Shown here: positions 24,201-34,607 of the stretch, one piece after another
How the letters are laid out: the number at the start of each line of letters is the position of its first letter
Position numbering within the stretch: the first letter of the stretch is position 1
NCBI GenBank assembly: GCA_030390025.1
Contig: JASTWF010000033.1
Coordinates: forward strand, 3,660,001-3,724,000
Source: Squalus acanthias
Lineage: Eukaryota
Direction of reading: 5' to 3'
DNA length: 64,000 nucleotides
Notes under the pieces: model-generated
What the model was told of the DNA's origin: nothing
Database searches by the model: none
What the model saw: the letters and a program-made list of their open reading frames with translations, nothing else
Position numbers and translations under genes: made by a program

Positions 24201-27200
24201 GGGAACCTGAGCAGGGAGACCGAGGAAAGCATGTCAGGAAGGGACAGAAGGTATGGAGTAAAAGGTAAAGTGTTAAATAAGGAAAAAGCAAGAAGTAAGT
24301 GTCGCAAAACACATTTGAAAGTTCTTTATCTGAATGCACGTAGCATTCGTAACAAAATTGACGAGTTAACGGCACAAATAACTATGTATGGGTATGATCT
24401 TGTGGCCATTACAGAAACATGGCTGCAGGGTGACAACGTCTGGGAATTAAATATGCCAGGGTATTTAAAAATCAGGAAGGACAGGCAGGAAGGAAGGGGA
24501 GGGGGGTGGCTATGCTAATAAATAAAGGAATCACTGTAATACAGAGAAATGATATTGGGTCAAAAGATCAGGATAATGAAACAGTTTGGAAACAGATAAG
24601 GATTAATAAGGGGAAAAAAACACTGGTGGGCGTAGTATATAGGCCTCCTAATAGTTGCAACTCTGTTGGAAGAAGTATTAATCAAGAAATAGTTGGGGCA
24701 TGTAATAAGGGAACAGCTATAATTATGGGGGATTTTAACTATCATATTAACTGGACAAATCAAATTGGGCAGGGCAGCCTTGAGGAAGAGTTTATTGAGT
24801 GTCTTCGGGATGGATTTCTTGAGCAGTATGAAGGGGGCAAGCAACCTTGGACCTGGTACTATGCAACGAGTCTGGATTAATTAATAATGTCCTAGTTAAG
24901 GATCCCCTTGGAATGAGTGACCATAACATGGTTGAATTCCATATCCAATTAGAGGGTGAGAAGGTTGGTTCTCAAACAAGCATACTGAGCTTGAATAAAG
25001 GAGACTATGATGGCATGAGAGCAGAATTGATTAAAGTGGACTGAGAAAATAGATCAAAGGGTAAGACGGTACATGAGCAGTGGTGTTCATTCAAGGAGTT
25101 GTTTTACAGCTTTCAAAATAAATATATTCCATGTGAGGAAAAAAGGGTGTAAAAGAAATGACAGCCATCCATGGCTAAGTAAAGAAATTAAATAAATTAT
25201 CCAAATAAAAAACAAGGACATATAAGGTAGCCAAAGTTAGTGGGAGGATAGAAGATTGGGAAGTCTTCAAAAGACAACAAAAGGTAACTAAAGGATTGAT
25301 TAAGAAAGGGAAAATAGACTATGAAAATAAATTAGCAAAAAATATAAAAACAGATAGCAAGAGTTTCTATAGTTATATTAAAAGGAAAAGGGTGGTTAAG
25401 GCAAACGTAGGTCCCTTAGAGGATGAGACCGGGAAATGAATGGTGGGAAACATGGAGATGGCAAAAATGCTGAACAAATATTTGGTTTCAGTCTTTACGG
25501 TAGAGGAGACTAAGAATATTCCAACACTGGACAAACAGTTGGCTCTAGTGGGGAGGAGCTAAATACGATTAAAATCACTAAGGAATTGGTACTCAGTAAA
25601 GTAATGAGACTCAAGGCGGATAAATCCCCTGGACCTGATGCCTGACATCCTAGGGTCTTGAGGGAAGTGGCAGTAGGAATTGTGGATGCTTTGGTAATAA
25701 TTTTCCAAAACTCCCTGAACTCAGCAAAGGTCCCGGCAGATTGGAAAACTGCTAATGTAACACCCTTATTTTAAAAGGGTTGTAGGCAGAAGGCTGGAAA
25801 TTATAGAGCAGTTAGCCGAACATCTGTGGTGGGTAAAATTTTGGAGTCTATTATTAAGGAGACAGTAACGGAACATTTAGATAAACATAATTTAATAGGA
25901 CAAAGTCAGCATGGCTTTATGAAGGGGAAGTCATGTCTGACAAATTTGCTCGAGTTCTTTGAGGACATAACGTACAGGGTGGATAAAGGGGAACCAGTGG
26001 ATGTAGTGTATTTAGACTTCCAGAAGGCATTCGACAAGGTGCCACATAAAATATTATTATTCAAGATAAAAAATCACTGGATTGGGAGTAATATTCTGGC
26101 ATTGGTGGAGGATTGGTTATCTAACAGGAAGCAGAGAGTTGGGATAAATGGTTCATTCTCGGACTGGCAACCAGTAGCCAGTGGTGTTCCGCAGGGGTCG
26201 GTGCTGGGTCCCCAACTCTTTACAATCTATATTAACTATTTGGAGGAGGGGACCGAGTGTAACATATCAAAGTTTGCAGATGATACAAAGGGAGGAAAAG
26301 TAGAGAGTGAGTAGGACAAAAAAAAACTACAAGGGGATATAGACAGGCTGGGTGAGTGGGCAGAGATTTGGCAGATGCAATACAATATTGGAAAATGTGA
26401 GGTTATGCACTTTGGCAGGAAAAATCAAAGAGCAAGTTATTATTTTAACGGCGTGAAACTGGAAAGTACTGCAGTACAAACTGATCTGGGGGTCGTGGTG
26501 CAAAAAAATCAAAAAGTTAGTATGCAGGTGCAGCAGGTTATCAAGAAAGCCAATGGAATGTTGGCTTTTATTGCTGGGGGATAGAATATAAAAACAGGCA
26601 TGTATTGCTGCAGTTGTATAGGGTATTGGTGAGACCGCACCTGGAGTACTGCATACAGTTTTGGTGTCCATACTTAAGAAAATACATACTTGCTCTCGAG
26701 GCAGTACAAAGAAGGTTCACTCGGTTAATTCCGGGGATGAGGGGGTGGACATACGAGGAGAGCTTTAAGAGATTGGGACTCTACTCATTGGAGTTCAGAA
26801 GAATGAGAGGCGATCTTATTGAAACATGAAAGATTGTGAAGGGGCGTGATCGGGTGGGCGCGGTGAGGATGTTCCCAATGATGGGTGAAACTAGAACTAG
26901 GGGACATAATCTTAAAATAAGGGGCTCCTCTTTCAAAACTGAGATGAGGAGAAACTTTTTCAATCAGAGGTTAGTGGGTCTGTGGAATTTGCTACCCCAT
27001 GAAGCTGTGGAAGCTACTTCATTAAATAAATTTAAAACAGAAATAGACCGTTTCCTAGAAGTAAAGGGAACCGGGGTTACGGGGAGCGGGCTGGAAATTG
27101 GACATGAGTTTGAGTTCGGATCGGTCAAGGCCCTGTGGGTGGCGGAGCGGGCCCAGGGGCCGAGTGGCCTGGTCCTGCTTCTAATTCTTGTGTTCTTTAG

Positions 27201-27298
27201 AGTTGAGGTTGGATCAGATCAGCCATGATCTCATTGAATGGCGGAGCAGGCTCGATGGGCCGATTGGTCTACTCCTGCTCCTATTTCTTATGTTCTTA
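24201..27298 (+). mobile_element. 5'-truncated CR1 inserted in the proviral RT
   Basis: APE+RT remnants and a double tail. Excising it restores SPSIFHQC-MAGSLKEF exactly (no TSD). Confidence 0.92.
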
Positions 27299-27840
27299 TA
27301 CACTGATGGAAAATACTGGGGCTGTTGTCAAAACCCTGTGGCAAACAGTTCCATGTGTACTGTTGTCCTTTATAAGTAAAGACAAACTTGTACTGGTCCT
27401 CTCGCCGCAGCGGGATGGACCAAAAACCGTTCGAGATATCCAGCACCGTGAACGTGGTCGCGGACGCTGGGATGCTCCCTATTAGGTCAGCAACTGCTGC
27501 TACTGTGGGCGCGCAGGCCGGGATGTTACTGTTAAGGACTCTGTAGTCCACCGTGGCCCTCCACGAATTATCCAGCTTCCTTACCGGCCATAATGGGGAG
27601 TTCACGTGTGTGGCTATCGGCCTCAACACGCCCTGCTGCACCAATGAGGACATTGCTGTCTCCAAATCGGGTTCTGCTTCTTTGGTGAAGTTATACTGCT
27701 TTTGGGGCCGGATCATGGGGTCCCCGTCTATGCTGACCTCAAACCCGGTAACCCTCCCACAATCGTGCTTGTGGGTTGCAAACGCGTGCATATTATCTGA
27801 CACGTACGTTTGCATGTCCGTTGGGACATCTGCGACCATA
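27299..27840 (-). pseudogene. pol: pol: N-terminal half of the reverse transcriptase
   Basis: PQKQY, NSPLWPVRK, WRATVDYRVLN, LDISNGFWSIPL, LPQGFDNSPSIF. Confidence 0.93.
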
Positions 27841-29416
27841 AGCCTGAGGGTCGATAAGTCCCCTGGGCCAGATGGGATATATCCTAGGATTCTTTGGGAG
27901 GCAAGGGAGGAGATTGCAGAGCCTCTGGCTTTGATCTTTGGGTCCTCACTGTCCACGGGAATGGTGCCAGAGGACTGGTGAGTGGCGAATGTTGTTCCTC
28001 TCTTCAAGAAAGGAAATAGGAATGACCCTGGTAATTATAGGCCGGTTAGTCTTACTTCGGTGGTTGGTAAGATAATGGAAAAGGTCCTGAGGGATAGGAT
28101 TTATGACCATTAGGAAAGGGGCAACTTAATCAGGGATAGTCAACACGGATTCGTGAAGGGTAAGTCCTGCCTAACAAATTTGATTGAATTCTTTGAGGAG
28201 GTAACTAAGTGTGTAGATGAAGGTAGAGCAGTTGATGTCGTATACATGGATTTTAGTAAGGCGTTTGATAAGGTTCCCCATGGTCGGCTCATGAAGAAAG
28301 TAAGGAGTTGTGGGATAGAGGGAAATTTGGCCGATTGGATAAGTAACTGGCTATCTCATAGAAGGCAGAGGGTGGTGGTGGATGGAACATTTTCGGACTG
28401 GAGACCAGTTACCAGCGGTGTGCCACAGGGGTCGGTGCTGGGTCCTCTGCTGTTTGTGATTTTTATCAATGACTTGGAGGAGGGGACTGAAGGGTGGATC
28501 AGTAAATTTGCTGATGACACCAAGATTGGTGGAGCAGTGGATGAGGTGGAGGGCTGTTGTAGGCTGCAAACAGACATTGATAGGATGCAGAGCTGGGCCG
28601 AAAAATGGCAGATGGAATTTAACCCTGATAAGTGCGAGGTGATTCATTTTGGTAGGGCAAAAATGAATAAGGATTACAGGGTCAACGGCAGGGTTCTGAG
28701 GAACGTTGAGGAAGAGCGGGATCTGGGGGTTCATATCCACAGATCTCTGAAGGTTGCCACTCAAGTGGATAGAGCAGTAAAGAAGGCCTATGGTGTGTTG
28801 GCGTTTATTAACAGAGGTTTTGAGTTTAAGAACCGTGAGGTTATGCTGCAACTGTACAGGACCTTGGTGATACCACATTTGGAATATTGTGTGCAGTTCT
28901 GGTCACCTCACTATAGGAAGGACGTGGAAGCATTGGAAAGAGTGCAAAGGAGATTTACCAGGATGCTGCCTGGTTTGGGGGGGAGGTCTTATGAAGAAAG
29001 ATTGAGGGAGTTGGGGCTTTTCTCTTTAGAGCGGAGGAGGATGAGAGGCGAATTAATAAAGGTTTATAAGATGATGAGGGGGATAGATAGAGTGGATGTT
29101 CAGAGACTATTTCCTCGGGTAGAGGCAGCTGTTACAAGGGGGCATAACTATAAGGTGCATGGGGGGAGATATAGAAGGGATGTCCGAGGTAGATTCTTTA
29201 CTCAGAGAGTGGTTGGGGTGTGGAATGGACTGCCTGCTGTGATAGTGGAGTCAGACACTTTAGGAACTTTCAAGCGGTTATTGGATAAGCACATGGAGCA
29301 CACCAGAGTGATAGGGAGTGTGATAGCTTGATCTTGGTCTCGGACAATGCTGGGCACAACATCGAGGGCCGAAGTGCCTGTACTGTGCTGTACTGTTCTA
29401 TGTTCTATGTTCTATG
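27841..29416 (+). mobile_element. 5'-truncated CR1 (second subfamily) inserted between protease and RT
   Basis: ORF 28153-29331 (YMDFSKAFD, FADD, TRGHNYK) and a (TGTTCTA)n tail ending ~29416. Confidence 0.92.
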
Positions 29417-29880
29417 TAACCTACGGATGGTTTCATGGTACACAGGGCCCCTTTACCTTCCTTCCCCGGGATTACAACTACCTTGCCTTTCCCACCCTTG
29501 GCTCCCCAGAGACAGTGATTCCTAAGGTCCACGAGGATCCCGTGTTCCGCTAGGAGATCCAATCCGAGGATACCTCTGCCACCCCCCTCTTGCCATTTCA
29601 TCTGTATGCACTTCCACGCGGTGTGGAGTGCTCCTAAATGAATGGAGAGCGGAATGGAGAACGCGCCAGCCTGCTCTTTTCCCGTGAACCCTGCTAATGT
29701 GAATGGGACCTTGGTAGACAGTGGTGAGTCAAAGGGGCTATCCGTATGGATCACGGTGCATGAAGCTCCCGTTTCCAACAAGTAACTACATTTCTGCTTC
29801 TCTACCTCCATCTCCACCAGGGGTCTTTTCCACGCATCACAGCTGTGCGGACACAGGTAAACGGGCTGCGTGGGCTTTAG
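29417..29880 (-). pseudogene. pro: pol: aspartic protease
   Basis: YLLETGAS (DTG with D>E), LAGFTG flap and ILGLDLL; in frame with gag after a single TGA. Confidence 0.9.
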
Positions 29881-31698
29881 TCATTGGGTACTGGTGGACG
29901 GGGTTGTGGCATCTGTGGGGCCGGTAACGACTGCCACCCTCCCGTACGAAATCATAAGGGACCGCATGGCTCCCAACATTGATTCTATCGCATCGGGATG
30001 GATAGGAACACCAGCTCCTTTCTCAGAGACAGGCGCTTGGGTTCGGACTGCGGGAGCTTTGTCCCTGGAGTCCTTCCAGGGATTCCTGCAGTTTTTAAGC
30101 CAGTGACCTGTCTTCCCGCACCCGTAACAAACACCACTGGTTTGTGGGGCGCGATTTCCCTCCTGATGCCACTCTTTCTGACCCGGAGCTGCGGGCTTTG
30201 CCTCATGCACCTTTCCCTTAAGGGGACGCGCTCCCGTGCTCCTAGTGTTCCGATACCCTATGGTGAATCGATTCAGGACAGACTCCTCCGTTGTGGCGGG
30301 GTTAGTGGGATCAAACCACGCTGTGGCCTGCTCCCTGATGGCTGGCAAGCTGTTGGCTACAATGCACCTGAGCCAATGAGCTTTCCCGGCGCCGTCCAGG
30401 TAGTGGCGCGCTGGAGCACCTGGGCAGCTACGCTGGTAAACTGGCCACAGTCTGTCGGCGAAAACCCGCGGGGGTTCTCCCTCCATCTGTACGGTCTGAC
30501 CCAATCTGACGAACGGACCTTCGTCATCCGCCCCTAACACTTCTAGGACCTCGTCCCGTAACTCCGCATAGGTTTTATTTCCCTTCTTGCTCTCGTCGGA
30601 GAGACACTGAAGGATCGAGCTATCTAAAGTGAACAGCAACATTTTGGTCTTTTCCTCGTCGTCGCAGCCATTAATTGCTGCGGTCTGTTCTACTAAAATA
30701 TACGGAAGGGTCTACTGACTCGGACAGCTTCCGTACATGGCTAATCATTGCTCTCAGCTGGTGTGAGCTGTGGGGCAATACAAGTTGGTTCAGGATATCC
30801 CCGTCTGCCCCATTTGCCCCATTCGGGCCTCTCTTGTGACCTCGGAGCAGACACATCGGTCCCGGTCTCGACGCTACCTCCGGGGATTGTCCTACCTCGG
30901 GAACCTTCTTCTCTATTTCCACCACTTCCTCCCTTACCCAGGTTGCCGAATAGCTGGGTGGCGTGGAGGGCATAGTGGCAGATACCTCTTCTGCGTTTTC
31001 CGGTAGGGATCTTGAGAATTCCCTACCCACCTGTGGCTGGCTCGCTGACGGGCTGATGTGACACACCAAGCCGTTTGCCTTATTCAGGGCCTCTCTTAGG
31101 TTTCCTATCTCCTTCTGGCAAACACTGTGGTCGGCTCCCTCATGCCTATCCTCGAGAGCCATCTTGATGCCGCCCTAACTCCCTTCAAGCTTTCTTCCTG
31201 GGCTTGTATCTGGCTAGCTAGGCGGATACACCGTTCTCTAATCCTACCCTCGTTTAATTTTGCTTCCGTGACCTGACATTCGAGGTAATCAATTTTAGCC
31301 TCATGGTGGTTGGCTACTATTTGGCGTTCCTGATGTAACGCATTCAATGATGCAATGAGTTTCTGTCCTCCCGTGACCTTTTCCTCCATCTCAACTTCCA
31401 ATTCCCTGATCTGAGCTGCCTGTGCTGCAATGACCTGGTCCGAAAGTTGGACTTGCTTCTTGTAGCACATCAGCCAGACCGCTTTCTCTACCGACTTCTT
31501 ATGATCGTTACTGCCTGTCCATTTGATGGCGGTGTCTAGCGGACGCTTATCCATCAGTAGGTCACTTATCCACTTTTTGGTTAAGTTAACCTTCCCAAAC
31601 ACATAGTCAGCTACACTTTCATCCGTCACATTTCGCCTATTCAAACCAGGGTCTAAAACATTGCTCTCCTGCTGCCAGAGTCCTGCCGCGGTCGACAT
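29881..31698 (-). pseudogene. gag: gag (N-terminal coiled coil, capsid-like middle, one CCHC knuckle), two frameshifts
   Basis: ORFs 31105-31698, 30671-31162 and 29881-30642; Q..GEPPRVFADRL; CYGCGKTGHWLKNC at ~30088-30129. Confidence 0.88.
31678..31697 (-). other. Primer-binding site, tRNA-Arg(UCG) type
   Basis: Minus strand TGTCGACCGCGGCAGGACTC. It is complementary, with one mismatch in TGG, to the vertebrate tRNA-Arg(UCG) 3' end GAGUCCUGCCGCGGUCG-CCA as recalled from memory. Confidence 0.8.
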
Positions 31699-31702
31699 TT
31701 TC

Positions 31703-33371
31703 TGTAAGGGGGCGTGTCTCAGACGGTGCTGGTGCGAGGTTAGGCCTTCGTTGCCTAATACTATTGCTTGCTCTGGTCTCCGGCTCGCCTTTTTGCAATA
31801 AGCACCTGTGAGTGGTTCGACCCACTCGCCCTTATGGTTCTAACACTGGACTTAGGTGCAAGGAGCAGTAATGCAGAGAAAACTCAAATAGACCCCGTTG
31901 AATAGTACGAAATGGAAATCTTTATTGCATGGCGTCTAAAATCATGAAGTTCATGTCATAGGCGCAAATCAACGAGAGTACAAGTATACATACATTCATA
32001 AAGCTTGGTCTATGGTAATGAAGAACACATGGCACATCGTAAAAAGGGGAACACATTATACATTAACCTTATTAAAAACCACCCTCCCTTAACAATACCT
32101 ACACTACGTCTAGATTTGTCGGATCGGAAAACATGCTCACCACTCGTGTTACTTCAGAGATTTTTAAAGTGAGGCACTCAGCTCGTTTCGCTGCAGCGCC
32201 TGACTGTCACGTGTTTGGAAGGGTCTCTGCACCCCACTTGTTTACTTTCGCTGCTGCGAAAAGCAGGCCAGACTCCCTGTTGTCATGAAGAACTCGGCAG
32301 AACTCGGAACGTTTGATAAATTCAAAGAAGAGTCTTCCTGTGCTCGATACAGGCTGTAGTCGGTAGAACTCAAAGAAGAGTTCTTTATTTATATTTTCGG
32401 GCTCGGTCGGGGTTTACTGACCGTGGCGGCACGTGGATTCTGCTCGTCTTCTTCTCGTCTCGTCTCTTTGGGCCTCCGGGTCCAGACACCGTTTACCGAC
32501 ACTCGGGATGGTGTACCCTGTTACTTGCTCTTGTCGGGGCGGCTCGTTCCGATTGAGCTCCACCCAACATTCGAATAACCGACCAGTACAGCTAAGAGTC
32601 AAGAGTCAACAAACACCAGAGAAACACAGAGTCCAGCCCTAAGGAAGAGCTTCAGCAAGGGTCTGCCGAGAGATAAGAGCCAGCCGGGACAATAAGAGTT
32701 CAGCAGTCAGCAGCGAGATAAGAGACCGATGGACATTTGTTCTCTATAGTTATAGTGATGTCTCCCCTTACCTCCCGCTCAAATCTTAATGTTTGTCCTT
32801 TGTGTAATATTGGCGCACAAAACTCCCAGCATGGGGCGATTCTTTTCTTTAACGGGTTTCGGTAGCACCTGAAACTGGCCAACTATCCGTTAATGTCTTC
32901 CCCATTGTTGAACCAGCCAGGATGTGTATGAATCGTCTCCCTTACTGGTTTTGGGGCCTCCCCGAATACTGACTTAATCACCCGTCAATGTCTCTCTCAT
33001 TGTAGAGCCGTGGTGGTATTTGTGTATTAATGTGTCTGAATGGGCCTTCAATTGCCGAGTACAATGGTCCTTACTGTGCATTGGAAAACGATTCCAGCAC
33101 TTATATCTTTGCTATTGTTCCAAATGCAAACGGGTTGCATCCTGTCTTTATCAGTGTTTACCGAGTATGATCCAATCTTATACTGAATGTTTATTCGACG
33201 CCATCTTGTCTGCCCACTGTATTTCTGGAAGCTTCTGCCACGATGCGCGGCGGACATTTTACAGGCTTCTGTGTCCTTTATTATCAGGACTGCATTTCGT
33301 TTAATAAAACTGATCAAACGAATCTGCTTCTCTCTTGTTATTTTGAATCGCGATAATTGCGAAACTTTTCA
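31703..33371 (-). repeat. 5' LTR (1669 bp)
   Basis: Colinear with 15892-17559; TG..CA termini; about 12 substitutions in the first ~265 bp counted by eye. Confidence 0.95.
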
Positions 33372-33474
33372 GATTGGCGGTTAGGATCAGATCAGCCATT
33401 ATCTTATTGAATGGCGGAGCAGGCTCTAGGGGCCAATTTGCCCACTCCTGCTCCTATTTCTTATGTTATGTTCA
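33372..33474 (+). mobile_element. Displaced 3' tail of the CR1 at 11268-15891
   Basis: GATTGGCGGTTAGGATCAGATCAGCC.. matches the intact 3' UTR at ~43515-43618. Confidence 0.9.
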
Positions 33475-33600
33475 TACTATTTCTACGGCCAATTCCTTAA
33501 GTACCCTAGGATGTAGATTATCAGGCCTTGGGGATTTATCGGCCTTTAATCCCGTCAATATCCCTACAATTGCTTTCATTCAATTCCTCCCTCTCATTAG
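33475..33600 (-). mobile_element. Old CR1 copy, 5' piece
   Basis: Minus strand [26 protein letters not shown] joins DALLVIF at 11263. Confidence 0.82.
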
Positions 33601-33959
33601 ACAGGATGAATATTGGGCTGTGGTTATTGATTATTCCACTTCTGTAACTGATTGAGGTTTTGACGAACCAGATCTTACCTCTGATTCAGAGTCTCTGCAC
33701 AGGTAACCTGCAACGATCTCTGGCCTTAGCTCAGTGAGGTGTGTCCCTGCGAGGAGAGACATGCATAACTGAAGAACATGTATATCAGGTTTTCATAATA
33801 CACATATCAGTCCCGAGGGCAGTAAATAATAGCATTAATAAATTGATAATAATGTAATATATAGGGCAACGCCTCCATAAATAAAACACTTCAATATCCA
33901 CAATGATTAAATGAACTGATGAATGTGATTAATTTGTACTCAAGTTACGGAGAACTCCT

Positions 33960-34600
33960 TAGAATTTACAGCACAAAACAGGCCATTCGGCCACACTAGG
34001 TTATGCCAGTGTTTATGCTCCACAGGAGCCTCCTCCCACCCCGCTTCATCTCACCCGATCAGCATAACCTTCTACTGCTTTCTACCTCGTGTACTTCTCT
34101 CGCTTCCCCTTAAATGCATCTCTGCTATTCGCCTCAAGTATTCCAAGTTGCAGGGAGTTCCACATTCTAACCAATCTCTGAGTAAAGACATTTCTCCTCA
34201 ATTCCGTATTGGATTTATTAGTGACTCTCTTTTATCGATAATCTCCAATTTTGCACTCACGTCACGAGTATAAACATCTACCCTATGTTACCCCTTCAAA
34301 ATTTAAAGGCCTCTATTAGGCCACCCCTCAGCTTTCTCTTTTGTAAAGAAAGGAGCCCCAGCCTGTTCAATCTTTCCTGATGGTTATAATGTCTCAGTTC
34401 TGGTGTCATCCTTGTAAAAATATTACAATTTCTCCAGAGCTTTAATATCCTTTATGTAATATGGAGATCAGAACTGCACACAGTACGCTCAGTGTGGTAT
34501 AACCAAGGTTCGATATAAGTTTAAGCTAACCTCTTTGCTTTACGATTCTATTCTTCTAATAATGAACCCCAGTGCTTTGTTTCCATGTTTATGGTCATTT
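33960..34600 (-). mobile_element. Highly decayed CR1-group LINE 3' fragment
   Basis: ACAGGCCATTCGGCC tail, GAGTTCCACATTCTAACC and AGAACTGCACACAGTAC motifs; no open frame. Confidence 0.65.
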
Positions 34601-34607
34601 TAACATG

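Larger units (their letters stand above)
15892..33371 (-). mobile_element. Endogenous provirus LTR-gag-pol-env-LTR, lokiretrovirus-like
   Basis: Two ~1.67-kb direct repeats with TG..CA ends, TSD GATT (15888-15891 / 33372-33375), PBS, PPT, gag, pol with two RNase H folds and env. The family assignment is inferred from architecture only. Confidence 0.9.

Noticed and set aside
27288..28007. Novel fusion proteins (also 23707-24375 and 38294-39067)
   Set aside because: These ORFs simply read across insertion junctions into antisense CR1 or flanking DNA.
31690..31702. tRNA-independent self-priming (no TGG next to the LTR)
   Set aside because: A 19/20 match to a tRNA-Arg(UCG) 3' end explains the site as a PBS with one mutation.
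15892..33371. Replication-competent virus or domesticated env
   Set aside because: gag, pol and env all carry frameshifts or stops, the protease has D>E, and pol has two LINE insertions.
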